Assembly: GCA_964016885.1 (NCBI GenBank)
Contig: OZ024741.1
Coordinates: forward strand, 52,390,001 to 52,454,000
Direction: 5' to 3'
Length of the DNA: 64,000 nucleotides
Source of the DNA: Eledone cirrhosa
Lineage: Eukaryota
Shown: positions 1 through 13,148 of the stretch, piece after piece
Position numbering within the stretch: the stretch's first letter is position 1
Layout: every line of letters begins with the position of its first letter
The notes under the pieces: generated by a model
The model's input: the letters and a program-made list of their open reading frames with translations, nothing else
Told to the model about the DNA's origin: nothing
Database searches by the model: none
Made by a program: the position numbers and the translations under genes

Positions 1-1611
1 AGGGTTGAAAAATGTATTATTTCTTCTTCTATTTTTGTTTTTAGTGTCTGGTGTGTTGTTTCCTCCTAAGATACTACGGTAGTTTCTGTGGTAATGGTTA
101 CTTTTGATGGCACCCTCTGCTTTAGTGGGCGTGTGGTTGCTATTCATATTACTAGGTTTCCCCATGGACATATTGTGCGAGATGATGTTGTAGCTATGTG
201 TTTTCTTAGGTAGGAACTCAATCTCTATATTATGGCCGGATCTAGCTAATGCTTGATTATAATATTGCGAGTTTTTGCTAAATATGTTTGCGTCATAGGA
301 TAGATTAGAGATTCTATTGGACACCCCCTTAGAGATAGAGTTTAATATTGATCTAGGGTGATTAGACTTGGTATCCACGTAAATGAGTTTTTCGTTAGGC
401 TTATGGAAAGGTGTATATATATTTGAGTCTAGGTATAGTGTGGCGTCTAGGAAGTTAACGTTTTTAGTGTTTTTGTCCATGGTGATACTAAGGTTAAAGT
501 TTTTGAATGTCTTGTGCAATAGTTTTCTAGTCCTTTCTATATTGAATTTTTTATATTCTATAAGTAGAAGTGCATAATCGCGGTACAAACCACTGTTGAG
601 GTATGGGAGGACCTTATGGATTTCATTAAGTAAGTATAGGCCGACCAAATCAGTGACCTGCGCCGAGTCACTAGACCCCATGGTTATGTCAAAGTTGTTG
701 TGCGTATCCTTGCGGGTCCATAGTTGGTCCTCAAAGGTGATTATGGTTTTACGGGCCGCAAGGATGACATCAATCTGGGTTCTAGTCAGGTCGCTATTGT
801 TCATGGCCATGATTAGTGCCTTATTTAATAGGATAGGGGAAATAGAGGTGTAGTATGAATTGATATCAAATTGAATAAATTTTTTGTCCTTGTTATTCTT
901 GATATCTTTGAACCATTCAATAACTTCACCCGTATTTCCCCATTGTTTAAGGTGTATCTTGTGTTTAATTTGTGGGATGATTTTATCTAAAATTTTCTTT
1001 CTGATAATGCCAATGTCGGACTTGGAAGGGCAGATAAGTCTAATCGAGGGGTTGCTAATGAAGTCCTCTTTATGATCCTTCAGAGAGAATCTAGGGGGGT
1101 TTGGGGTGTATGGTTGTGTATGCCTCTGAAGTCCTAGTTTAGACACTATATTATATCCCTCTATATTAATATCCTCTAAGTTTTTCATAGTAGTTTTCTT
1201 GTAGCTTTTATGTAGTTCATTATATATAAACTTTCTATAAGTATTATAATCCAGGCTGTATATGTTATTAGTTTTATCCGCGTGTACAATAATTTTATTA
1301 CTAGTTTTGAATTCATTAATAGAGGTGTTAAGTTTGTTTAAGAAGGTGTTGTTTCTATTACGGTGCTTATTGTATTTAATGTTCTTAACTAGTTTCACTA
1401 GGTCATTTTCAAAGGAGTTAAGTAGTGTGTTATGAGGGGGGCTTTTAAAGGTTTTAAAGCCAAAGGAGTCAAATTTGTTAGTATTATTAACATTGTTAGA
1501 TCTGTTTCTATCATAATGGAATGTCCTCCATCTCACTCTATTGATAAAGGAATTTACACTGTGTATCAACAATTTCTCATATGTATTCTTGGATGGTATT
1601 GGTATGTTTTT
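1..1611 (-). pseudogene. Penelope-like retrotransposon reverse transcriptase ORF (Nematis-like), slightly 5'-truncated, runs off the left edge; catalytic motif mutated
   Basis: Manual minus-strand translation is stop-free for 537 codons: KNIPIPS...ADKTNNIY...KDHKEDFISNPSIRLICP...FIQFDINSYYTSI...FDITMGS...GLYRDY...VNFLD...SNHP...FFNP. Closely matches ORF 43392..44084 and the start of 44474..45460. Clade label is from recalled motifs. Confidence 0.92.
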
Positions 1612-2230
1612 AATGCTTATATTATTTCTCCACGCACAGGCTATAACAATCATATAAAGAATTCATTACCAGATCAACCTCCTTAACACTCTTGATTACC
1701 TGCTTAAGTGCTTCTATTACACGTAACTCTCTGCCACACTATATAAACAAGACGCACGTGCTTGCCACACGTATAACTATTGCACTCTATAACCGCTTAA
1801 TTTCATGTTGTATTTTAACCTGTATTTTTGATTGTATCTTTTAATATGAATGTAATCTCTAAATGTATACTGCCACACTAAATTCTGTAATGAATGTTGA
1901 CCCACAATATTTGCATATGTATCTGTATGTCTCTTGGGTGAAAAGGAGGTCATATAAGTGTTCATTCAATAATAAATTGCTCCGAAGAATCCAAACCTCG
2001 GTTTGGAGGAAACAGTTGTAAGCATAAAAATGTTTTGAACAGTTCTTTGATTCTTATAATTCATATAACTGCTCTGTAAATCATCTGATGTTATTATATT
2101 GAGCTACTTAACTTACTGGTAATAAGGTAGTAATATATTACTGCCTACCACTATTTAGAGTTTATACAAATATATATAACTACAAAAGGTTTTTGTATTT
2201 GCATAACCATAAATAGTATACTTAATACTA
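1607..2230 (+). mobile_element. Inverted pseudo-LTR/3'UTR plus 5' extension of the same PLE, ending in (TA)n
   Basis: 1607-2050 matches 46530-46990; 2040-2230 matches the reverse complement of 44130-44330; joined to the RT at a ttttt microhomology. Confidence 0.88.
1978..2024 (+). ncRNA. Minimal type-I hammerhead ribozyme (CCGAAGA core variant)
   Basis: tgct-CCGAAGA-a tccaaac ctcg gtttgga g-GAAAC agtt GTA-agca. Confidence 0.8.
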
Positions 2231-2904
2231 TATATATATATATATATATACATACATACATACATATATACATACGCTGTTATTTACTTACATTATCCTG
2301 TTGCTTGAGGACATTTCTTACGTTGTGTAATCAAAATTCATATCATTTGAGACTCGGGTATCCCCCTTAGATACGACGTCCTATCGTTAGCCAACTATGA
2401 GCATTGCCTATTCAGCTTTAAATCAAATGTATATTTATCCAGATAAACAATCAACCTATGATATTACGACTCAACGAAGAAACCTCTATAGGACATATTG
2501 AATAATGCAATTTGTGATGTAAACTTAGATGTACGCAAAAATATTCATCAGTATTAGTCAGGGAAAGAAAAGCATCCCCTATGACCAATGTATGAGGAAG
2601 GGAGGTAATTGTTTCCCCAAACCTAACTTGAATGTTTACACTTGCGACTGAGTGAATTCTGCGAAAGCCAACCAAGAACCAGGTGGTGGTGTTAAACCAA
2701 ATAACAGATTACGTCTGTATAGTAAGACCGCAGATAAAAAAAAGACATAATGTTCATAGCTAGAATGCGTTGAATCTCAGGGCTGCTCAATGAGATTTAG
2801 CGAGGTTTCAGCCGTGCTATGAAAGACAGATAGTGTTGATTTTAGCTCAGGTTTCTAGGGGAGCGTGTCGGTTGGATCTACTCTTGAACGTCTGCTCTGG
2901 GAAT

Positions 2905-2949
<45 letters not shown>

Positions 2950-3116
2950 TAGATAGAACCAGCTCTTTTCGATGTAATCAAAAACTTATGTGAAATTTGA
3001 AATGAAGCTGATGAACTGGCTTCTTAAGAACATGTGATAATATATCCTTTATAGTGATGCGATGTTTAAACCGTGCAGTCGAGATAGACAATAGGGTGGC
3101 AGATGCTGCATTATTG

Positions 3117-3339
3117 GGCGGTGGATTGGCAGTGTCGGTAGAGAGTCGGATATCATGCTTTGTGGCATAGAGTTACAGCCCTTTACGTTCTGGGTTCAAA
3201 TCCCTCCGAGGTTAGCTTTGTCTTTCATCCTTAAGGGGTCGATAAAATAAAGCACCAGTTACGTATTGGGGTCGATTTAATAGAATTTCCCCTCTCCCCA
3301 AAATTGTTGGCCTTGTGCCTAAATCAGAAACACTTATTT
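3117..3339 (+). mobile_element. tRNA-headed SINE, family A (ttcatcctt..ggggtcgataaaat..gtaccag central domain)
   Basis: A-box-like tggcagtgtcggtaga and B-box gggttcaaatcc; several homologous copies in the window. Confidence 0.85.
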
Positions 3340-3736
3340 GGATAATCTTACTAGGAGTTAGATTATTGCCAGTAGAACCCTCCATATTACATGAACACAC
3401 AAACTACTCCATCACAACAATGTACTTAATCATATATATATACAAGCATATATACACAGACTGTGAGATGGTTGTTGGATATCATGAGTTTTTCCGCCCT
3501 TTGATGGGCTTTGTTTTCCATCCCACAAGGTGTCTAAAATCACTCATCCAACTAAGCCGAGTTGGTGGAGTTGCCGGTTTAGTCAGGAATCCAGGAGCAC
3601 AGTATCCGACATGTCCCTTTCTAATATTTTAGTTTGTTATATTAGGGAGACTTGGTTGGGCTGCAATTTTTAGCGGGTTTGGCAATTAAGTAGAGGCACA
3701 ACCCTTGACTCGTGCTAACAAAATATAAAAATGTAC

Positions 3737-3950
3737 ATGGCTTTGTGGTTAGATTCCTGGACTGGGTGCCGCGTTGTATTCTTGATTAAAACACTTCAAT
3801 TTACGTTGATCTAGTGTAAAATGATCAGTTGAAAATAAACACTGGAATTAACCCTGCGATGAACTGGCGTCATGTCCAGGGGAAGGTTGTCTTATACTCT
3901 CAGTTGCTTAACTCCAATGATGAGCCTTCAGGCTTGAGACAGACTTAAAC
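3737..3950 (+). mobile_element. Degenerate tRNA-headed SINE, family B
   Basis: tggctttgtggttag head and aaccctgcgatgaactggcgtc..ccaggg domain; homologous to 53320-53555 (minus). Confidence 0.6.
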
Positions 3951-5737
3951 TTGTTTTAAAAATATACATTGACGCCATAGCCCTTGCTTCCCAAACGGTC
4001 CTTAACTCTTTCGTTACCGTATTTCCAATACTACTTATGAATTTCAATTAACATTTTAAAATACCACTAAATTTTTAATTGTTAAGTTAGTGTTTAAAAT
4101 ATAACCCCAGAAAAAATTCGTACAAAAACAATAATTTTTAAGCACGATTACTTTAAAACAAAACATACAACCAGTGACAGTTTTAGATGGATGCTTCAAC
4201 TTACTTCTGGGCATCTTGAAATCATATTCAGATTACTGGAAAGTAGGATAAAGTAGAGTTAATATTACACTCTATGATTTCAGATTCAATGGTGCGCAGA
4301 AGTTTGGTGATACCCGTGACCAGCTCTTGGATTTATGTCCCTAAAACTCAAGTGTAGGGGCAAGTAGAATGAAATGTGAGCAATCAAGACATTTGACACA
4401 TATAAAAACAGATGAAATATGAAATAAACAACGTAAAAAACGTAAAAAAAAAAGCGACATTTCATGCCACACACATTGATTACCCCAAACAATGTGATTA
4501 TCGAAAGCGCAGATGAACAAGCATGCACGCCATTGCTTAAATTTGTCTGAACATAACCATCGAATTCCAAGTTAATATATGTTTCAATTTTTTGATTTGG
4601 GCGGAAAACTGGGCACCGATTTTGGATGGGAACTTGAAAAATCTGAGTGGGTGTTGCACTTATTAGTCGTATTGAATGGAGAACTCTGCATGATTCTTTG
4701 GTTGGATGCTCCTATCCCCTGCTCCGATATGGATGCCCGGGGCTATCACACTCTCTGCACGTTTGCTCCCACTCTACCTCAAATAATTCTCTAATGTATT
4801 TCAGCCTGTTAGAATTATTATTAGAATGATCAAGAGAAAAAGAACAAAACCAAAGCCCAAAAAATAACAGGCAAACAAGCAAACATACACTTTTCATTAT
4901 AAATAAACATTGCAGATTCTGAATATCCGAAGTTGAATACGTAAAATTCTTAAGTGCATTTTTAGTTTTATTATTTAAAATCCTTAATAAAAATATTAGA
5001 GGGACGGTGTTTGAAAAATCTAACATTTTAGCGTCATCTTAACATTTTTTTTCACATTTATTTTATGCAATAAATGTATCATGAGTTGAAAGCATTAAAA
5101 TATATTCATTTTAGCTAAATCAGAGAAGGGAGATAATAATATGAATAGTGCAGGAGTAATATGAGATCGATAACGGATTACCGAGAGGTAAAAGAAAATA
5201 AGGGACAACGGGGAGGAGTTGAGTGGATGTTAAAAGTATTTATTCCGTCGCGTGGCTCCTTAAATGTGGTCGCACGAACTGCTATAATCACACTTCACAA
5301 TGTATTGCATTAAACAAAAACCCCATTGGATCATATAGTCCGGGTTACGTTATGTTTGAAACATAGAAAGATTTGATGGTCAGAAGTGGAATGCCTTTGA
5401 CTATAGGGCAAGCTTGATCAGGTTTAACATGGAGCTAAATTAAAACAACAGTCATCACCACCATATCCATCATTATCCCCACGACCAACACCATCACAAT
5501 CAATATAGTACTTCCGTTTACTTTGTTATTTGTTTAATTTGTCCCCCACACACACATATACACACATACATACACATTCACATACAGACATGCATACCTA
5601 TTTACTAGTTGATGTCTGAATTCCAGAATTCGAGAAACCGGCTCTCTCTATTCGTGGAAATGCATACATACGTACATACATACATACATACATACATACA
5701 TACATACATACATACATACATACATACATACATACAT

Positions 5738-6347
5738 GGTGGCTGCCAACTCGTTTTCGAGTACGGCCACTACTTTATATCCATGTAGGAGAACCCCTAC
5801 CGATGCGCTGAACGAGTGTGACTTTTTAGTCCAGCCAGCAACTTGAAAATTCTGGTACAAACTCTACACTTGTGACAATTATTGACACATAGTGCTGGAC
5901 CCATGGTACCATGTGACGACAAGTGCAGAGAGATCTCCAGATATAAAGCAATACCTGTGCCGTGAAGCTTTTATAGTGAGCAAAGGCACTGCACAAAGCC
6001 AGTCCCACTCTCTTAACCAAGATGATATTTACCAAAAAGAAGAACAAGTCAACATCATTGGATACCATCAGGGTTGTAGGTGTTATATCAGAGTTTTCCT
6101 TCTCCTAGAATTCTGCCTTGACAAAGGCTAAGGGGTCATCTCTCCCGGTGATTTTGGATGGCCATTGACTCTTAAGAGCTCCTTTGCCCTTTGACAGGTT
6201 TTGTTTTTAGTCCTGCAGGATGTCCAAAGTCACCCTCCTCACCAAGAAACCTTGGTGGGGCTGCCAGTTTAGTCGCCAATGACCCGACCATGAGACAGGT
6301 TGTACTGGGATACATGTTACCAGTAGCACCAGCTGGTGACCTGACAT
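5738..6347 (-). mobile_element. Non-autonomous RTE-type element (UTR-like 5' part plus RTE-like C-terminus) with (TATG)n tail
   Basis: 5797-5868 minus encodes CRVCTRIFKLLAGLKSHTRSAHR* (C2H2-like RTE terminus); (TACA)n at 5665-5737 acts as the tail; related copies at 6435-6960 and 42361-42530. Confidence 0.65.
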
Positions 6348-6434
6348 AATATACATACATACATACATACATACATACATACATACATACATACATACAT
6401 ACATAAAGACATACATACATACATACATAAAAAT

Positions 6435-6960
6435 ATGATGATGGCTGCCCCCTCGTTATCGAGTATCGCCATTGCACGATATACCATTATTAATAATTAA
6501 TAATTAATTCTATCGTGCAATGCCTGTGCGAAGATATTTTTTTAAGTGAGGAAAGACTGTGCACTGAGCCAATCCCACTCTCTGAGCGACAGTAGCTATA
6601 ACCCGAAAAGAAGAAAAGATCAACATCATCAGTAACTACTGAGCCGCAGATTTTATATCGGAGTTATCCCAGTTTCCTGAGTTGCATTCTCCTAGAAGAA
6701 TGCCCTGACAAAGGCTAGGGTCCTTCACTCCCAGTGGTTTAACCGCGCGATCGGGTCTCCAGCCCGACCATTTCTATCTCCCCGCGCATATACATACACA
6801 TGCACCCATGTATACATACATATACAGTACATATGTACATATGTATATACATATTTGCACACTTTTTGATGGCCGTTGACTCTTATGAGTTCTTCCGCCC
6901 TTTGTCAGGTATTGTTTTTTTGTCCTGCAGGGTGTCCAAAATCACCTTCCTCACCAAGTA
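6435..6960 (-). mobile_element. Second, diverged and interrupted copy of the RTE-type non-autonomous element
   Basis: Homologous blocks to 5738-5770, 5990-6150 and 6155-6250. Confidence 0.6.
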
Positions 6961-7286
6961 AACATACATGCATACATACATACATACATACATACATACA
7001 TACATACATACATACATACATACATACATAGTCTACAAATGGCTGCGATAGCTGGCACCTTCAAAATTTGCAAAACATTCTTGCGATTCAAGGGATGACA
7101 ATTTCTTTTCGTTTACAACCTTGCCACCAGGAAGGTGGCCGGTCAAAAAAATATACTCGAAATTAAGAGAAAGAGAAAACATACATACATACATACATAC
7201 ATGATATATTATATATAAAATGGAACTGTCCATTCCAATCAAGAAGGAGAGTGTAGAGATTAGTTTATATGATATATATATATATC

Positions 7287-7585
7287 ATACAATATGTTGA
7301 AAAGGTAACACACTAGAGAGAGATACAGTGCGCCATCAATAAAACAGGGAAAAACCACCGCTTTAATTTATATTTTTAATTATCGTGTCTATACTCTGCC
7401 TTTCATAGGTTATAGATTCCATACACTGGTGGTTTTTCCCCGTTTTATTGATGGCGCACTGTATCTCTCTCTAGTGCATTACCTTTTCAACATATTGTAT
7501 TTTAAAGAGCTCAGGATTCCTTTTCCTTTGAGCACATTATTTACAGGGAATGGCGAGAGTCTATGGCTCCGTTAATTTATCGTGA
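7287..7585. mobile_element. Fold-back mini-element (arms 7287-7360 / 7428-7500) with one-sided tail
   Basis: ~73-bp inverted repeat between TA runs; tail 7500-7580 resembles 18180-18260. Confidence 0.7.
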
Positions 7586-8255
7586 TATATATATATCGTG
7601 ATATATAAATATAAATATAAATATAATTTCAGCGATATTGTATTTCAGCAGTGGTCAAAAACAAAGCAAAACGCAATTTTCAAGATATGCGGCAAGCGCC
7701 CAATGGACTAAAAGAAGACCAGAACAATAAACATAGGTTATAGAGGACATACAAACTGAAAACGGTGGTCATGAAGCTATCAGCCACCGGAGCCCCCCAA
7801 AACGAAGGAAACTAAACAGGTTAAACAATATATATATCACAATATTTTACTTTCTTCTTCTTGCCTTTTTTCCTTTGTTTCACTTATGAGAGTTTCATGC
7901 TATAAAGTCATAGTAACTTTTCCTTGTCACTTAAAATTATACATAGCTTAATTGCTCTAACTTACTGTTTTGTCTCTGAACAACGCTTTGGTTTATGTCG
8001 GGCGCTGTGGCCCCGGGAGGACCACTGGTGCCGTCGGTTGCGGTTGAGACTGCTGGGCTATATCGGTCATATATTTCATTTGTGTTTTTATTTTTGGAAA
8101 ATAATCTTTTAAGGTTCAACGTTAAAAATTGTTTTTCGTTTTGCCTTTTTTTCAATTCGTTGGTTTTCCTAAGTTTATATATATATATTTTGGAATTGCG
8201 ACCGATAGATAGTATTAGCAATTCGAAAGACCAATGGTAACATTGTTTCCTCGAT

Positions 8256-8313
8256 TTATTATACATATTTCAAGGGCAACCAAGGCAAATTATGGTGCGC
8301 TTTCATCAGATAA
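8256..8313 (-). ncRNA. Minimal hammerhead motif in PLE pLTR-like fragment
   Basis: Minus strand: ttat-CTGATGA-aagcgcacca...tggttgccctt-GAAA tatgta TA-ataa; relatives at ~17764-17818, ~34277-34320 and 52401-52460. Confidence 0.65.
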
Positions 8314-8388
8314 AATACAGATTTGTTTTATAAATAAATATTGACATACCCGGAAAAAAGACAACCTTAACGGTTGGAGCTTTCTGGA

Positions 8389-8453
<65 letters not shown>

Positions 8454-8513
8454 TTATTAAAATAACAGATTAAAGTTTAAGCAAAGAATCGCTGCTTTCA
8501 CCCTTAACGGGAT

Positions 8514-8549
<36 letters not shown>

Positions 8550-8550
<1 letters not shown>

Positions 8551-8795
8551 AGGGAGTGTAACTTGGAGTTACTGTAGGTTCACCCGGCTGAGCACTCGGT
8601 GTTTAGGTTCACTTCAGTGTCGTGGGGTAGAGCTAAACAGTGTATTATAGTAAAATAAAATAAAACAAGGACGATTGGTTACTCCTTCATTACGTTTATT
8701 GGTTGGTGACGCGCGTTTCGCCACTGATCAGCTCAAGGTTCGATCTGCATCGATCTAGCCCGATTCTGTAATCGTCCTTGTTTTATTTTATTTTA
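8550..8795 (-). mobile_element. pLTR-like mini-element with hammerhead 3' half (GAAACGCGCGTC) and tail, inside (TA)n
   Basis: Homologous to 12100-12224 (+), 15888-16075 and 20085-20200; short inverted terminus aaaataaaacaaggacgatt / aatcgtccttgttttatttt. Confidence 0.7.
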
Positions 8796-8840
8796 CTTTA
8801 TATATATATGTATAAATATACATACACATACACACACCAC

Positions 8841-8879
<39 letters not shown>

Positions 8880-9193
8880 ACCAGTTCTTTGAGAAAACAA
8901 CACCATACTTCGAGACCGGGCATATAAAATGATCGAAATAAAGGAGGTAAACGTTCCAACATTATGTTTCTCTGTTTTTTTTCTGTTCAAGTACTAGCTG
9001 TCTGGTGAGGTCATAGCTTTTGAATAATGGTTATCACCGAAATATACACAGCAGCAAATAAATATGAATAAAGGAAGTTAATTTTAGCCTGTTGACTTAC
9101 ACTTCTTGTTTATGTATATATATATGTATATACACACACACATATATATATATATATTACACACAGACACACAGACACACACACACACACACA

Positions 9194-9299
<106 letters not shown>

Positions 9300-9309
9300 C
9301 ATATATATA

Positions 9310-9504
9310 TAGGAACGAGTAGGACCTAGACGGCTGAGCTCAAGCCGTTTCGTCGGCTAATTCTTTAGTCCAGAATTAGCCGTCGAAACGGCTTGAGCTC
9401 AGCCGTCGGGGTCCTACTCGTTCCTATTACCCACTCTACTACCCTAAGTATTGAGTACTTTGGTGCGTTATGGTCCACCTGGTTCCTTACCACATTTCCT
9501 TCGT

Positions 9505-9505
<1 letters not shown>
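9310..9505 (+). mobile_element. Near-perfect hairpin mini-element with hammerhead 3' half and tail
   Basis: Arms 9310-9364 / 9372-9426; GAAACggc ttgagctca gccGTC; same family at 11205-11360, 25590-25705, 50435-50495 and 50794-50990. Confidence 0.75.
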
Positions 9506-9538
<33 letters not shown>

Positions 9539-10399
9539 GTCCTATATGAAAGCATATGTTATATTTTTATATACATTAAGCATATGAGAGCCTCGAAATC
9601 AAAGAAATATATATTTTCTTTACAAAATAATTAATTCTCTGTCTTTTCTTGTGGGAACATGTCCCAGGTATCCAAGAGGCCGTTGAGAATGCCAGACAGC
9701 TGTTTCAAGATTAGTTAATCTCTCATAAGTGACATTCACTAGAGCCTATATAGATTTTGCGTATTGAACATTTTCTGGTGATGCTCATTAACGTATAGAA
9801 AATAGAAAGTATCAGTTGGAAATGCTCATTTGCATATAATCCAAAATCCATTGCTTATAATTAATTGGAACAAGCAGTAAAATAGCGTTTAGCAATATAT
9901 AAATATATTATCAAACAAAAGATATTTCAGCAAACGTTTTAACAATAATTCTGCCACCCACCGTTCAGATACATTATTTATCGATCACGAATGGATGCTC
10001 ATCAAATTTGACCTCGTTAAGATTTGAACTTAGAAGGCAGACGACCGAAAGAAATACTACAAGAGTATGTCATCTGAAGCTCAATGGGTTCCACCAACAT
10101 GACGCCTTGGATATGTATTTAATTATATCAATCTCTACAGGATGGCAGGCAAATTTGACCTCGGCTAGATTTGAATTCAGAATGGAGAGAATCGGAAGAA
10201 ATACCGCAAGGCATTTAGTCCTACGCTTTAACGACTTTTCTTTAATTGTAATCCCGCCAGTGTGATACTATCAATCATTTATACATACATACGAGCATAC
10301 ATATACACATATATATATGTACATACGTACATACATACATACAGATATACAAAAACACATTTATTGACAGGGATATATACATATATACATACATACATA

Positions 10400-10816
<417 letters not shown>

Positions 10817-11357
10817 TTGTTTACATATCCAAACCTACCAGGGGAAGCAGACGTTAAAACGACAAGGATGATGACAGTATATTTATTGTTAGATGATAGA
10901 TATTATTATAAGATAGAGATAGATATGCCCTACGGTGAAGCTTAAAAAACTCATCTTATCTCTATACTGATAGGTATCGGCATATGTATATAATTTATTA
11001 ATGGAATGGCACGCCAGATGAGTTTACATTCGATTGGAGACAAGATTATTAACACATAAAAATAATAAAGGGTCTATCTTACTAATGATAGCATCTCTCT
11101 CGCCATCCACTTTCTCTCTCTGGTTCATCCTCTGTAAATATATATCTATATCTATCTATTTATCTATCTATGTGTGTGGTGTGTGTGCGTGCGTATCATA
11201 ATGTGTTGGGCCCCGACGGCTGAACTCTTGCCGTTTCAACAGCTAGTTCAACTAGCTGTTGAAACGGCAAGAGATCAGCCATCGGGTCACAACTACCCCA
11301 AGTATCGAGTTTTCTGTTGAGTAATGATCTAACCAGTTTCAAACTGAACCTCTCCTG

Positions 11358-11704
<347 letters not shown>

Positions 11705-12008
11705 GACTTGCTTCGGCAAACTACATGGTAAACTGGCGTTCACCTTTCGAAGTACTCGGAGTTTGCCGTGATTACAACTCAAACACGTATTCAGGCAACT
11801 ATATATATATATATATGAGAAAAGCCCTTGGGTCCACCGTTGATCGCTTATAGATGTCCTGTATTAAGCGCCGAAACATCTTGATCTCGGTTTTACAGCT
11901 GATAAAGGATTTCTTTTCTTCTTTTCTTTTCTTCTCTTGTTTCGTCCATACTACCATCTTAAACTTTGTTCACAGTAACCACACAGCTCCTTTCGTTTCT
12001 TATAATTT

Positions 12009-12058
<50 letters not shown>

Positions 12059-12324
12059 TCCCAGCTTCAATCGGGGGGTAATCACAGTAATTAAGGTATA
12101 AGAAATCGTCCTTTTATTATCATAATTACACTCTGCTTAGTTTCTACACCTCCTTACCGACTGGAAACTGTGCATCGAGTGCTCACTCGGGTGAACCTAT
12201 AGTAACTGCACGTTACATCCCCTGTATATATATATATATTATGGAATACTGTTGGCTTTTTGCTACAATGTTTTCTATACCTTTCATTTATATATATATA
12301 TATATATAGGGAGTGTATAAGAAA

Positions 12325-12374
<50 letters not shown>

Positions 12375-12384
12375 ATACATATAC

Positions 12385-12447
<63 letters not shown>

Positions 12448-12847
12448 GGGTGGGGCGGGGCGGGGCAGACGACACAATGTCTTGTATAACCTAATGGAAG
12501 AAAAGGCGAAGGACATATCACTTTATAGGAGACAAAATGGTAAAGAAAATAAAAAATGATAAAAAAATATAAAGTGTGAAACTAATAACATAATGTTATA
12601 TGTCTTTTGCATCTGTCTTTTACGATACATCATTACTGTAACGTTGTATTGATGATAGTTAATACTCTCTATATATATATTTGAGATATTTATTGCGCGA
12701 CGAAAATAAAATAGTTATCGTTCATTGTTGACAGGGTCGCGTATTGAGTGATGACATCTGAAATGTCTAATAGTGATTGCATAAAATCAATTTGTCCGAA
12801 TCGAGACGTGGTAAGAGACAAATAGATTGATCATGTGTACACCGCAT

Positions 12848-12945
<98 letters not shown>

Positions 12946-13148
12946 GCATACACATATATTTAAAAAGGATTTTATTCCGGGAAAAACACAGATAATAAAG
13001 TACTAGAGAACAGACAAATTTGTTTTGTATAGGAATGACTTCTACAGTAATAGAATATTTTCATTCGTATAAAATCTGATTTTCTACGAATGAAACAGTT
13101 TTACTCATATAGAAGTCATTTCGATAATATATATATATATATACATGT

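Noticed and set aside
383-1686. Plus-strand ORFs overlapping the RT (also 44563..44808 and 45241..45453 on minus)
   Set aside because: Antisense shadows of the PLE ORF.
3117-3215. tRNA genes
   Set aside because: The A/B boxes belong to SINE heads; no cloverleaf, and they continue into SINE bodies.
4280-4800. Possible host exons in unique-looking sequence
   Set aside because: Only weak splice-like sites and no recognisable protein motif; needs RNA-seq.
7996-8070. GC-rich hairpin as an HDV-like ribozyme
   Set aside because: Only a simple stem (gtggccccg ggag gaccac region) is evident; the nested double pseudoknot could not be built.
9436-9456. Resemblance of actaccctaagtattgag to the nematode SL1 leader
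   Set aside because: Short partial match, no Sm site or donor structure; it lies in a transposon tail.
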